Source: an uncultured virus (IMG/VR IMGVR_UViG_3300032829_000007) (lineage: Duplodnaviria; Heunggongvirae; Uroviricota; Caudoviricetes). From it: 64,000 nt of DNA. This document shows, one piece after another, positions 29,485 through 41,444 of the stretch; the first letter of the stretch is position 1; every line of letters starts with the position of its first letter. The notes beneath the pieces are model-generated. The model had not been told where the DNA came from and searched no databases. It saw nothing but the letters and a program-made list of their open reading frames with translations. The position numbers and the translations under genes were made by a program. The stretch lies in IMG/VR virus record IMGVR_UViG_3300032829_000007, one strand, 5' to 3'.

Positions 29485-29831
29485 ATGGAAATAAATTTAA
29501 ATAATGTTTATTGGGAACGTATTAGAGGATTTGTATCTGAAAATAAAATAGATGCTCGTTGGAAATTAAGAAAAGAAAATGATAATAGAACATATGGTTC
29601 TTTAAGAATCGTATCTCATCCTGATTTAAAACCTGGGTATTTACGTTCAATATTTACTTATGTTACAAAAATAGATCCTAACAAATTATAAAATCTCTTG
29701 AAGATTTTCAAATGGAAGATATTGAACTTGAAGTATATTCAGTTAATGAAAATATAAAAACAGAAACAAAAACAATTGAATTACCTTTTAAAGAACTTGA
29801 ACAAATGTATAATGTTAAAATATTTGAATAA
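29485..29831 (+). pseudogene. Frameshifted hypothetical gene
   Basis: ORF stops at 29691 but a shifted frame from about 29682 (QIIKSLEDFQMED..VKIFE) is open to 29831. Confidence 0.5.
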
Positions 29832-29846
29832 TAAATAAAATTTAAT

Positions 29847-30167
29847 ATGATAAAAAAAGAAAAAATTTATATTTCTGGTAAAATTACTGGATTAGATCTG
29901 AATAATGTTGAAAAGAAATTTCAAGAAAGTGAAGATTTTTTAAAATCTTTAGGATATAAAAATATTATTAATCCTCATAAATTACATCCATATATTGAAG
30001 GTAAAAAATGGGAAGAATATTTAATTGATGATATTAAATTATTATTTGAATGTGATATAATATATCTTCAAAATGATTGGGGTTTATCTAAAGGTGCAAG
30101 ATTAGAATATACCATTGCTAAAGAATTAGGATTAAAAATAATGTTTGAAAATGATTTAAAAAAATAA
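29847..30167 (+). CDS. DUF4406-like (nucleoside deoxyribosyltransferase-fold) protein
   Basis: IYISGKITG..INP..CDIIYL..W..SKGARLE. Confidence 0.8.
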   Translation: MIKKEKIYISGKITGLDLNNVEKKFQESEDFLKSLGYKNIINPHKLHPYIEGKKWEEYLIDDIKLLFECDIIYLQNDWGLSKGARLEYTIAKELGLKIMFENDLKK

Positions 30168-30192
30168 AATATTAATATTAAAAATTATAATT

Positions 30193-30951
30193 ATGTCATT
30201 AATAGGAATTTCTGGATATGCATATAGTGGTAAAGATACTGTAACTAGAATTATTCAATATTTAGATTGGGTTAATAATCAAAAACCAACTCCAACAATT
30301 TCATTTGAAAATATGTTAAAACAATTAAATGATGGAGAATTTGATTCATTTGATCAATATAGTAAATGGAAAAATGTAAAATTTGCTGATAAATTAAAAG
30401 AAATAACTTCTTTATTAACTGGAATTTCAAGAAAAGATTTAGAAAAACAATCTATTAAAGAATCTTTTTTAGGATATGAATGGGATTATTATATTGTTAA
30501 ATTATATGAAAATTCACCTAAAGATTATGCAGATCATCAAACAATTATTTGTGATGAAAATACAATATCAAAATATTTAAATAATGATGATCATAAAATA
30601 GAAAAAAAACAAATGACTGTTCGTGAATTTTTACAAAAATTAGGAACAGATGCAGCAAGAACTAAACTTCATCTGAATTGTTGGGTTAATTCATTATTTT
30701 GTAATTATACTGTTGATAAAAAATGGATAATATCAGATTGCAGATTTTTAAATGAAGCTAAAGCTATTAAAAATAATGGTGGAATTATTATTAGAATAAA
30801 TAGAAATGATCAAATTTTAAAAGACAGACATATTTCTGAAACAGAACTTGATAATTATCAATTTGATTATATTATAAATAATGAAACAAATAATTTTGAA
30901 AAATTAGTTGATGATGTAAAAAAAATTTTAATTAAAGAAAATTTATTATGA
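30193..30951 (+). CDS. Deoxynucleoside monophosphate kinase
   Basis: GISGYAYSGKDT, FADKLK, REFLQKLGT, ISDCRFLNE, HISE. Confidence 0.85.
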   Translation: MSLIGISGYAYSGKDTVTRIIQYLDWVNNQKPTPTISFENMLKQLNDGEFDSFDQYSKWKNVKFADKLKEITSLLTGISRKDLEKQSIKESFLGYEWDYYIVKLYENSPKDYADHQTIICDENTISKYLNNDDHKIEKKQMTVREFLQKLGTDAARTKLHLNCWVNSLFCNYTVDKKWIISDCRFLNEAKAIKNNGGIIIRINRNDQILKDRHISETELDNYQFDYIINNETNNFEKLVDDVKKILIKENLL

Positions 30952-31904
30952 ATTATAAACCTTTTGATTATAATGATATTAATTTAATACCTAAATTGTG
31001 TATTGTTAACAGTAGATCTGAATGTGATACCAGTATTAAATTCGGAGATTTTGTATTTAGAATTCCTGTTATTCCAGCTAATATGGAATCTGTTATAAAT
31101 GAAGAATTAGCTATTAAATTAGCAATGAATAATTATTTTTATATTATGCATAGATTTAATATGGATATATTAAAATTTATACAAAAAATGAAAAATTTAA
31201 ATTTATATACTTCTATATCAATTGGCGTTAATGAAGATTCATATCAATTATTAGACAAATTATTAAAACAAAATTTAATACCCGTTTATATTACAATTGA
31301 TATAGCACATGGCCATTGTATTAAAATGGAAAAAATGTTAAAATATTTAAAAGAAAATTTTAAAGAAACATTTATAATTGCTGGAAATGTATCAACTATT
31401 GAAGGTACACAAGATTTAGAGAAATGGGGTGCTGACGCTATAAAGGTTGGGATTGCCCCTGGCAGCTCGTGCACGACATGGAATATTACTGGCTTTGGTA
31501 GTAGAAACATTCAACCATTTATAATACAAGAATGTTCCAAACATACAAATAAACCAATTATTGCTGATGGCGGAATACAAAATCCTTCGGATATAAACAA
31601 ATCAATTGTTATGGGTGCTTCAATGGTTATGGTTGGTGGTATGTTATCTTGTTTTATGGATTCTCCCGGAAAAGAAGTTGAAAAAGATGGAATTATTTAT
31701 AAATCATTTCATGGTTCTGCTTCTGAACATCAATCAAATAAAAAAAATAGAATTGAGGGAACATTAAAATTAAATAAAATGAAAAACATTGAATTATTAG
31801 ATTATATGGATTACTTAAAAGAATGTTTACAAAGTTCTATTAGTTATGGTGGTGGAAATAAATTAAATGATCTTTATAATGTTGATTATATAATAACAAA
31901 ATAA
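30948..31904 (+). CDS. guaC: GMP reductase
   Basis: FDYNDINLIP, SRSECDT, PANM, ITIDIAHGH, KVGIAPGSSCTT, IIADGG, LQSSISYGGG. Confidence 0.9.
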   Translation: MNYKPFDYNDINLIPKLCIVNSRSECDTSIKFGDFVFRIPVIPANMESVINEELAIKLAMNNYFYIMHRFNMDILKFIQKMKNLNLYTSISIGVNEDSYQLLDKLLKQNLIPVYITIDIAHGHCIKMEKMLKYLKENFKETFIIAGNVSTIEGTQDLEKWGADAIKVGIAPGSSCTTWNITGFGSRNIQPFIIQECSKHTNKPIIADGGIQNPSDINKSIVMGASMVMVGGMLSCFMDSPGKEVEKDGIIYKSFHGSASEHQSNKKNRIEGTLKLNKMKNIELLDYMDYLKECLQSSISYGGGNKLNDLYNVDYIITK

Positions 31905-32692
31905 TGAATAATAATTATAATATAAATGAATTAGTTAATAAATATTCTAATGTATTAGAATTAATTCCAAATCATAAGCAACATAATAATTTAGCTCTTT
32001 TATTCGAAATATCTATTAATTATATAAAAAATAATTTTAACAATGTTAATATTAATATTAAAATATCTGCTGTTTATGTTATTAAAGAATTATATCTAAA
32101 GGGATTTATTTCATCAGATAATGATTGTGAAATCATAATTAATGATTTTATGAAATTTTATAATGAAAATTATAATAATTTTATAAATGAATTTGATAAT
32201 AATATTGATAAACACGATATAAATATGCTTTTTATAAAAAAATATTTAAATAAAAATTAATGGAAAAGCCAATAAAATATATTAGATTTAAAAAATTATT
32301 AAAAAATGAATCTGAAATTCAAATTTTTTTAGATGAAATTATTGAAAAAGGTCTTATTATAATTAAGTATATTGAAAAAATAAATACAGATGTAATTGAT
32401 TTTCAACTTCAATATGAAATAATTGTTGTTTGTGCAAAATATAATTAAGTTTTTGTAACATTAAAATTTTTTATTCGTAATATAGAATATTAACTTTAAA
32501 ATTTAAAAATAATGAAAAAATTTAAAAAGAAATATTTTTTATATTCCGAAGAAGTAATTGATTTTGTTAACAAAAATTATAAAATTGAAGCTATTTCAGT
32601 AACACCAGCAACAGATACGCCATCAAGAAATGGTTTTTATTTATTTTATTTTGAATTTCATGAAATTTAAAAAATAAAAATAATATATAATA

Positions 32693-33121
32693 ATGAAAAT
32701 TACTTGTGGCTTATTTATTATTTCGAATAATAAACTTTTAATTGTCCACCCAACAGGACATAAAAATAATTCATGGTCAATTCCTAAAGGAATATTTGAT
32801 GAAACTATTGATAAAAATCATTTTGATGCTGCAATAAGAGAAACATTTGAAGAAACAAATCTTAAAATTGATATATTAAAAGGTAAAATTAAAGATTTAG
32901 GAATTGAAAAATATGAAAAAAGAAATAAAAGTTTACATGGATATTTATATATTTCATTTGATGATATAACAAATGAATTATTAAAATGTAATTCATTTTG
33001 TGAATTATATAAAAAACAAGTTCCTGAAGTTGATAATTTTAAATGGATTAATATAGATTCAGAATATATTAAATTTTTACATGATACACAAAAAAAATTA
33101 TTTAAAAAAATAAATTTATGA
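32693..33121 (+). CDS. NUDIX hydrolase
   Basis: WSIPKG..AAIRETFEETNL Nudix box; PEVD..W. Confidence 0.85.
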   Translation: MKITCGLFIISNNKLLIVHPTGHKNNSWSIPKGIFDETIDKNHFDAAIRETFEETNLKIDILKGKIKDLGIEKYEKRNKSLHGYLYISFDDITNELLKCNSFCELYKKQVPEVDNFKWINIDSEYIKFLHDTQKKLFKKINL

Positions 33122-33902
33122 AAAAAACATTTATTATTGCATATGAAGTTTATGATAATAAAAATAATATTATCAAAAATGGAAATATGAAATGTAAAAA
33201 TAAATTTACTGAGTTAGATGCTAAAATAAGTTTAGAAACATTTTTAAAAAAGAAATATAATAATTTTTATAAATTAATTATTCTTTCATGTAAAGAAGAT
33301 AATATATTTTCAAATTTTAATGATATATTTTCATCAAATAATTTTTAATAATATATTTAATAATTTTAAAAAATAATAATATTATGAAAACAAAAGAAAT
33401 TCCAAGATGCCAACAAATACAAATAGAATATAAAGCTAATTTAAATATTTTACAAGAAACAATTGCATCTATTAATAATGGTAATCCAATATCAATTGAT
33501 ATGTTTAAAAAATGTATGGAATTTTTATATCGTGAAGGATGGTGTGATTGCTTTTTATGGGATGGACAAGTATCTGGTGAACAAACTCGTAAAGAATTTT
33601 TTAAAATATTGGATATTGAAAGATATGGTAGAAATGATAAATAAATTTAAAAAATAATATTATGAAATTAAATTTAAATTATAAAAATACTAATATTGAA
33701 ATAACATATGATGAATATGGCTGTTTTGAATATGTTACAAATTTAGATACTAATGAAAAAATGACAATTGAAATATATCAAACTGGAAAAGGATATGAAA
33801 TAAAAGAAGAAAATAGATTTATTACAACAAAAGTATGTGATGTAAGATATGTTAAAATTATGGAATTAAATATTTTTATACCAAAATTTATATTTATTAA
33901 AA

Positions 33903-34541
33903 ATGAATAAATTTACAATAACAGAAAAATCAAACATTTGGATTAGTTCAGATTTACATTTTTCACATCGTAATATGTGCAAAGGCACATCTACATGGAA
34001 AAGTGGATTTCGTGATTTTAATACTATTGAAGATATGAATAATACAATTATTAATAATATTAATAAATATGTATTAAAAGATGATATATTTTTTATATTA
34101 GGAGATTTAACTTTTGGAAATCCTTATAATTTAATATTATTAAGAAAAAATATTAATTGTGAAAATATTTATGTTATTCTTGGAAATCATGATAAAGGAC
34201 TAAGAGATAATAAACCTATTAAAACAGAAAATGGTTTAGTTTATCCACAAACTTTATTTAAAGAAGTTACTCAATTTAAAAAAATATATGTTGATAAACA
34301 AGCAATAGTTATGAATCATTATGCATTTAGAGTTTGGGATAATTCTCATCATGGTTCTTGGAATCTTTATGGTCATAGTCATGATTCATTACCTCCAATA
34401 GGAAAACAAATGGATGTTGGCATCGATACAGCATTTAGAATATTTGGAGAATATCGTCCATTTTCATTTCAAGAAATAAAAAATATTATGGATACTATTG
34501 AAATTAAAATTATTGATCATCATAATAACGAAACAAATTAA
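33903..34541 (+). CDS. Calcineurin-like metallophosphoesterase
   Basis: SDLH, LGD, GNHD, GHSH. Confidence 0.85.
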   Translation: MNKFTITEKSNIWISSDLHFSHRNMCKGTSTWKSGFRDFNTIEDMNNTIINNINKYVLKDDIFFILGDLTFGNPYNLILLRKNINCENIYVILGNHDKGLRDNKPIKTENGLVYPQTLFKEVTQFKKIYVDKQAIVMNHYAFRVWDNSHHGSWNLYGHSHDSLPPIGKQMDVGIDTAFRIFGEYRPFSFQEIKNIMDTIEIKIIDHHNNETN

Positions 34542-34996
34542 AAAATTTTATAAAATAATTTGGATAATTAAATAATTTATTTAATTTTGTAATTAATTTA
34601 AAATTTTAAATATATGGAAAATTTAAATAATGACAAATGTATCATTCTTAAAAGAAAAGAATATGATGAATTATTAGAAAAAGCTAATAGCAAAAAACCT
34701 GATTATATAGAAATAAATTTAGGTAGTGGATATTTTTATAATAGCATTAATTTAAATATTTCAGAAAATTTAGAATTATCAACTAAATTACGTAATCAAA
34801 TATTAAATATACTTAAATTACATAAAAATAATTTAATTAAAATTATTAATGATAATAATAATAAAATATTAAAAGAAGAAAATTATTTTATTTCTTTATT
34901 TGAAAAATTACCTTGGTATAAAAGATTATTTTTTAATGAAAAATATATAAAAAATAATTTGTATTTTTAAAATATTATATTTATCTTTGTTTTTTA

Positions 34997-35224
34997 AATG
35001 GCTATATAAAAAGTTACTTCTAAAAACTTTGGCGTTTAATTACTTTTTATAATTTCCATTTTTTATAAGTTCTTTAATAGGCTATTGTAAAGATTACTTC
35101 TATACGCTTGGTATGCTAAAAATATTTTTACAGATTTCCTATTTTTAATAAAGCTGGCTATTAATAAGGTTACTTCTACTACAATCTTTCGAATTGACAA
35201 TTACTTTATTAAATTTCCAGCTTT
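34997..35224 (+). ncRNA. Three tandem structured RNA units (GGCTAT..TTACTTCTA..ATTTCC)
   Basis: Units 34997-35060, 35076-35143, 35150-35224 with invariant motifs and compensatory stems. Confidence 0.7.
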
Positions 35225-35257
35225 TATTTTGTTAATAATTTTAAAATTAATTATATT

Positions 35258-37444
35258 ATGAAAAACATTATTGCTTTTAAAAAAGGATTATTTATACCAG
35301 ATTTAAATGATAAAGGTATATTAGATAGTTTACAAATTGTTGCTTCAATACAGGCAGAATTAATGAATCTTGGATATATTTTATCTAAAGATGCTTTTAA
35401 TATATTAAAAGATTCCTCAAATAAATTTTGTATTTCATATTATAATGAAATTATTCCCTTTTTAAATAAAACTTTAGGTAATTCTAAAAATTATCAACCA
35501 TTCTATAAAAATTTTCCAACACAAGTAATGGAAATGTCAGATATTGAATTATATTTAAATGCTATAATTCATTATTGGAGCTGTGGTACATGGAAACCAA
35601 CTTATGAATTAAAAGAAAGAGGTTATGCTTTTGAAAATGTTGAATTTAAAGAAATAAAATTAGGAACAGAAAAAGATTTTACAAATATTTTTACAAAATT
35701 AGTTTCAATAAATCAATCATTAACAGAAGATGATAAAGAAATTGTTGAATGGTTTATTAAAAATTATAATGTAAATAAAATATTACCTGAAGTAATAAAT
35801 TTTAAGGAAACACTTTGTTTATTGGCATCTAATAATGTTGATGTACCTATTAAAACAACAACAGATGTTTTAAGAATTGCTACATATATGTCTGGTGGAG
35901 ATATTTCATTACCACATATTCCAAAAGTCACAATAAATGAAGTTAGAAATAATAGAAAAGAATATTTCTTTAATAATCTTAAAGAATCTCAAATTAAAGA
36001 AAGAGAATCTTTTAAATTTAAAAAATTTAATCGTAAAGAACGTAAATATTTATTAGGATTATTAGAAAAAAGTAATCTTGATACTTCTGAAATGCAAATT
36101 TATTTAGGACGTTGGTTACGTCTTGGAGAAATATTACATCCTGGAGAATATAAAAATAAATTTTTTATAACATATATTACTTTTGATAAATTAAGAAATC
36201 AAGGAAAAGTAATTGATGTAAAAGGACAAATAGAATCTTATAAATATGAAAAAATAAGAACTTTTAATAGTCAAGTTAATCAAGCTTTTAATAAAAATTT
36301 TTATAATGGTGTTAATTTATTAGCAACAAGACCAGGAGAATTTGCAAGAAAACTTGATTGGATAATAAGAAATTGTCGTTCTAAAATAGAAATTAATATT
36401 AATGATGTTAATTTTGTTTTAAATAAATTTTTAAAAATATCTAATAAAATTAGTAATAAAGTTTTATTTGAATTATATAAACATTTTGAAAATAGAACAA
36501 AAGAAAATTATGTTCGTTCAATAATGATAAAAGGTAAAAAATCTAAAATGAAAATATTAGATCCTTTACCTCCATTAAATATTAAAATTGTTGATAATAT
36601 AAAAAATATTATTAAAGAATGTTTAATAAATAAATTTAAAAAATATGAATTATTAGGAAATGTTTATATTGATGAAAATTTAAAAAATATTCCTTTACCA
36701 TTTTCAATGAGAAGTATTAATACGTCAATTAAAACATATATTAGAGGAACAAGAATTCCTTATAATAAGGATGCTAAAGTAATACGTCCATTTATTCATT
36801 GGTTTGATGAAAAAGGAAATGAAGATTTAGATTTAAGTGTTGGATTTTATGATAAAAATTTAAATGGAATAACACATATCTCATATACTAATTTAAAAGA
36901 TAATAATCTTAATTCTTGTCATAGTGGTGATGTTAGAATGAGACAAGGAGCATGTGCTGAATATGTTGATATTGATATTAATAAATGTAAAGAAAATAAT
37001 GTTCGTTATGCTATTGTTCAAGTTCATAATTTTCAAGATAGACCAATGCATACAATGAAAGATTGTGTTTTTGGATTAATGGAAAGAGAATTTCCAGAAA
37101 GCAATAAAATATTTGTTCCTAAAACAATAACAAATTGTATGACTATAAGTAATGAATCATCAACTGTTAATATTTGTATTATTGATTTAGAAAATAATTG
37201 TTATATTTGGGCTGATATAGAATGTCAAAATAGTGGATTATCAAATTTTGAAAGTACTAAAGATAAAACTTTAGATGTTTTAAAATCATTAACTCAAGAC
37301 ATTAGTTTTTCTGTGTATGATCTATTAAAACTTCATGCTGAAGCAAGAGGCTATTTAGTTTTTTCAAAAGAAGAAGCAGATATTATTTTTAATTTTGAAG
37401 ATTTTTATACCGATTATGCTAAAATTGGAACATACATGAATTAA
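35258..37444 (+). CDS. Large protein with C-terminal TerD-like domain (resembles MXAN_6230/SCO0854-type family)
   Basis: PFYKNFP, TTTDVLR, RPGEFARKLD, FIHW..DLDLS, HSGD..GACAEYVDID. Confidence 0.65.
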   Translation: MKNIIAFKKGLFIPDLNDKGILDSLQIVASIQAELMNLGYILSKDAFNILKDSSNKFCISYYNEIIPFLNKTLGNSKNYQPFYKNFPTQVMEMSDIELYLNAIIHYWSCGTWKPTYELKERGYAFENVEFKEIKLGTEKDFTNIFTKLVSINQSLTEDDKEIVEWFIKNYNVNKILPEVINFKETLCLLASNNVDVPIKTTTDVLRIATYMSGGDISLPHIPKVTINEVRNNRKEYFFNNLKESQIKERESFKFKKFNRKERKYLLGLLEKSNLDTSEMQIYLGRWLRLGEILHPGEYKNKFFITYITFDKLRNQGKVIDVKGQIESYKYEKIRTFNSQVNQAFNKNFYNGVNLLATRPGEFARKLDWIIRNCRSKIEININDVNFVLNKFLKISNKISNKVLFELYKHFENRTKENYVRSIMIKGKKSKMKILDPLPPLNIKIVDNIKNIIKECLINKFKKYELLGNVYIDENLKNIPLPFSMRSINTSIKTYIRGTRIPYNKDAKVIRPFIHWFDEKGNEDLDLSVGFYDKNLNGITHISYTNLKDNNLNSCHSGDVRMRQGACAEYVDIDINKCKENNVRYAIVQVHNFQDRPMHTMKDCVFGLMEREFPESNKIFVPKTITNCMTISNESSTVNICIIDLENNCYIWADIECQNSGLSNFESTKDKTLDVLKSLTQDISFSVYDLLKLHAEARGYLVFSKEEADIIFNFEDFYTDYAKIGTYMN

Positions 37445-38146
37445 AACATAATTATGTATAATTTATTAAATATTAGTGCTTGGCTAATTTTTGGCTTAAT
37501 ATCTTATTTTTTATTAAATAAATTATTTGATACTAAAAAAGATTATTTTTTATTAATATTATGTTTAATTTTTGGATATGTATCATTTGGAGCATATTTA
37601 GGAAATTTATTTTATTATAAAATTTTAAAAAATAAATATTAAATGAAAACTATTGAAGTAACTGATGAAATGTATGATTTTTTAATTAATTTATCAAAAG
37701 AATTAAATAACCAAGATCATAGATGTACTGCAATGCCTTATTTTTTTCAAATACAAACAAATGAGGAAATAGCAGTTCCAGAAGGAAATGGAAATGAAGC
37801 ATGGTATAATGATGGAATTAAATTAGAAGGAGAAGATGAAATAAATGATTATATAGCTGAATATCAAGATAAACCAATAGAAGAAATTATTTATAAAGAA
37901 GATTGGGAAAAAGAAGAAATTTTAGAAAATGCTGGATGGTATAAAGTTTATTATGATTATGAACATAGATATCAAAATGCATTTTTTACAGAAAAAGCAT
38001 GTAAAGAACATATTAGATTAAACCATTATCATTATAATGAACCAGTGGATTATTTATCTCATGCTTTTAGAAATCCTGAATTAGAAATGGTTTTAAAATT
38101 TATTTGTGAATTAACAAATGAAAAATTACATACTTAATAATATATT

Positions 38147-38878
38147 ATGAAAGAAATAATTATAGATAACGAAAAATATTATATTCTTACAGTTAATGAA
38201 TATAATGAATTAAATAATGAAAAATATAAAAATATTGATTATGATAATTTTGAAATATTAGCAATAAAAAATGATAAAAAAAATATTATATATAATAAAT
38301 ATAAAGATAATAACTTTAATGCTGATTATTTTGATTTAAAAAATTGGATTGTTTTTTCTACTGATATAAATAATGTATATTCAATATATAAAATAAAATA
38401 TAAAGATATTATTTATTGCATTGGTGATATTGTGAAAAATGTATTAACAGGTAAAACATATAAAATAACAAAAATATTTTTTGATAATACAATAGAACTG
38501 GATAATATATATTTATTACATTTTTCATATATTGAAAAAATAAATATAAATGATTATATTTATAAAACATTTGATAATATTGAAATTTATGATCCAGAAA
38601 CTGAACTATATGGTGTTTGTATTAAATCTCAATGGGAAACAAAAACAATTAAATTAAAAAATTTACTCAATTCATTAAAATATAATTGTTCATCATATAA
38701 AAAAGATACATGGTTATTTTTTGCAAAAGAAGAAAATAGAAATAAATATATTGAAGAAAATAGGCCAAACTATTCTTTAAATAACATAAAACAAGCAGCT
38801 ATTGATATATATGGAGAAAATAAATTAAATTTAAATAATTTTTTAGATAAAATTAAAATTTATAAAAATTTAAAATAA
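38147..38878 (+). CDS. Hypothetical protein, paralog of 51142..51867
   Basis: Shared MKEII.DN.KY..LT, IGD.VKN, T.D..EI.D, KY.EEN. Confidence 0.6.
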   Translation: MKEIIIDNEKYYILTVNEYNELNNEKYKNIDYDNFEILAIKNDKKNIIYNKYKDNNFNADYFDLKNWIVFSTDINNVYSIYKIKYKDIIYCIGDIVKNVLTGKTYKITKIFFDNTIELDNIYLLHFSYIEKININDYIYKTFDNIEIYDPETELYGVCIKSQWETKTIKLKNLLNSLKYNCSSYKKDTWLFFAKEENRNKYIEENRPNYSLNNIKQAAIDIYGENKLNLNNFLDKIKIYKNLK

Positions 38879-38886
38879 TATAAGTC

Positions 38887-39075
38887 ATGATGACAGATGA
38901 ATCAATAATACCCTTTGGTGAATATAAAGGTACTAAATTAGCAAATGTTCCTGCTAATTATTTATTCTGGTTATATATGAATAATAAATGCTATGGTGAA
39001 TTAAAAGATTATATTGAAGATAATCTTGATGTTATTAAATTTGAAATTGAAAGTTTCAATAAGTATAATAAATAA
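38887..39075 (+). CDS. Small PFGxYKG domain protein (DUF3820-like)
   Basis: IPFGEYKG..VPANYLFW. Confidence 0.7.
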   Translation: MMTDESIIPFGEYKGTKLANVPANYLFWLYMNNKCYGELKDYIEDNLDVIKFEIESFNKYNK

Positions 39076-39345
39076 AATAATTTTTTATATGGGTTATAAT
39101 GTATTTTTTGAACAAATTAAGGTAGAAATTAATGATTCATTATATAATTTATATTTTAATGATTTAATGAATATGAAATATGAAGATTTTTATAATAATG
39201 AATTAAGTTTTGAAAATAAAACTGAAGGATATTATAATATTTTATTATTAAAAGAAACTTTAGAATATTATTCAAATAAAGAAGAATATAAAAAATGTGC
39301 TGAATTAATAAAATTAAAAAATAAATTTAATATAGAATTTTAATA

Positions 39346-40284
39346 ATGAATGCAGATAGATTTATTTATTTAACTGAAGCAAAAGGAATTCCAAATATTA
39401 TAAAATTATTAACAGATAAAATATATGAAAAATATATTAATTATCCTAAAAATGAAATAATATATGATAATGACGAATATAGATATTCTATTAAAATAGA
39501 TAAAAATGAAATAGAAAATAGTTTTTTTGAAAATTTATTTTTATATATTATATTAACAAATAATAAATCTAAATCATCATATTACAAACATAATTTATCA
39601 AATTGGAATGATAAATATAAAATATTTGATAAAATTATTATTCAAATATTTTTAGTAAAAGAAAATTTAGATGATTTAAAGGAAATTATTTCACATGAAT
39701 TGCATCATGCATTTGAAGATTATAAAAGAAAATTAAATACAAATAAAAATTTTAAAGATGTTGATTCTAATTTAATTTCAACAGAAACAGATGAATTAAT
39801 TACAATAAGTAATAAATTTAAAAATAATTATAAATTAAATAAATTATCTGCATTTATTTATTATTTATTAAATATTGAAAAAAAAGCAAATATAAGTAGA
39901 TTATATTATGAATTAAAAAAATATAATTTAACAAAAAAAGATATAAATAATAATGAATATCAAAAATTATTTTTTTATAAAATTTATAAAGAAATAAATA
40001 ATAGCACAGAATCATTAATAAATTCATTAAATAAAGAAGAATTAAATTTATTTAAAGAATATATTAAACACACATCTATAAATAATTTATACTCAAATGA
40101 TGATAATATTTTTAAAAAAAGAATTATTAATTATTTAAAAAATAATTCTGAAGAAATATTAAAAAAAATGAGAAAAATAATGATTGAATATTTAGAAGAT
40201 GAAGATTTAATGGAAACAAGAATATCAAATAAACAAAAAATGTTTGAATTATTATTAAATATTGAAAAGAAAATAATAAATTAA
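39346..40284 (+). CDS. HExxH putative metallopeptidase
   Basis: ISHELHHAFED with downstream E..A. Confidence 0.5.
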   Translation: MNADRFIYLTEAKGIPNIIKLLTDKIYEKYINYPKNEIIYDNDEYRYSIKIDKNEIENSFFENLFLYIILTNNKSKSSYYKHNLSNWNDKYKIFDKIIIQIFLVKENLDDLKEIISHELHHAFEDYKRKLNTNKNFKDVDSNLISTETDELITISNKFKNNYKLNKLSAFIYYLLNIEKKANISRLYYELKKYNLTKKDINNNEYQKLFFYKIYKEINNSTESLINSLNKEELNLFKEYIKHTSINNLYSNDDNIFKKRIINYLKNNSEEILKKMRKIMIEYLEDEDLMETRISNKQKMFELLLNIEKKIIN

Positions 40285-40639
40285 ATTTAATATACTATAA
40301 CATGAAAATACAAATTGATGATTTACAAAAAACAATTAAGATTGAAGAAAAAGTAAAGCTTGATGAATTATTTAAAAAATTAAATATTTTATTTCCAAAT
40401 GAAACATGGAAAGAATATGAGCTTGAAACAAATAGTGTTATTGTAGGATGGAAAGATCCTATAATAATAACAGAACCTTACCCAATATATCCAATACCAC
40501 AGCCATTACCTTGGCATTGGTGGCAACCTACAACTATTTCTTATGATTATTTATTATCAAATAATTCATCAAATAATTGTATATATAATGTTGAATATTA
40601 AATAATATAAAAAATAAAAATTATTTAAAAATTAAAATT

Positions 40640-41077
40640 ATGAAAACAAAATTGTTTACAGTATTAGTTTCAATTATTTCTTTAAGCATAATATTATCTT
40701 GTTCTGTAATTAAACATGATAATAAATTATTAAACAGCAATTTATCATGGAGAGATAAAATAACATATGAATTATATTTAAAAAAGAATTTTTATAGAAA
40801 AGATCATAAGAAATATGAAATTGCTTATAAGATATTATTACAAGAAAAACTATTTGGAGTTGGATATGATTTTGATAAAGATAGTGTTATTGATGCTTAT
40901 GTATTTTATGATTTAAATAAAATAAATGTTACTAAAGAAAAAATTTATTCTAATGATAAAGCAAAATCAATTATTATAAATTATGATGAAAATACTTATT
41001 TAATTTATGTTTCAACAAATAAGAAAAATTTAGATTATAGATATTTTCAGCCAAAAGATAACTCAACAAAATTATAA
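40640..41077 (+). CDS. Putative lipoprotein
   Basis: Signal peptide ending IILS-C. Confidence 0.55.
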   Translation: MKTKLFTVLVSIISLSIILSCSVIKHDNKLLNSNLSWRDKITYELYLKKNFYRKDHKKYEIAYKILLQEKLFGVGYDFDKDSVIDAYVFYDLNKINVTKEKIYSNDKAKSIIINYDENTYLIYVSTNKKNLDYRYFQPKDNSTKL

Positions 41078-41444
41078 TTTATACATTAATTTAAATTTTA
41101 TAACATATTATATTTATGTTTTATTTTATATAATATGTTATAAATTTTTATTTTCTTATAACAAATTTTTTATTTTTCCGTATTATAAAAAAAATTATAA
41201 TATGATAAAAACTAAAGAATATAAAAGTAAAGTAATTGAAAGAATATTAAAAGAAGTATCTAAAATGCCATTAGAAAGAAGATTAAAAATTCATCTTGAA
41301 ATGGCTGATATTAAATATTGGGATAATGGTAAATATAATGGTGATATTTCTGAACAATTAAATCATTTACTTGATATAATTGAGGATTGGAGTAAAAACA
41401 AAGCACTTTTAAGAAATAAAAAATAATTTAAATTATATTTTATT

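Noticed and set aside
35258..37444. 728-aa protein as the Cas effector for the arrays
   Set aside because: No paired HEPN RxxxxH or RuvC motifs recognised; motifs fit a TerD-like family and it is not adjacent to an array
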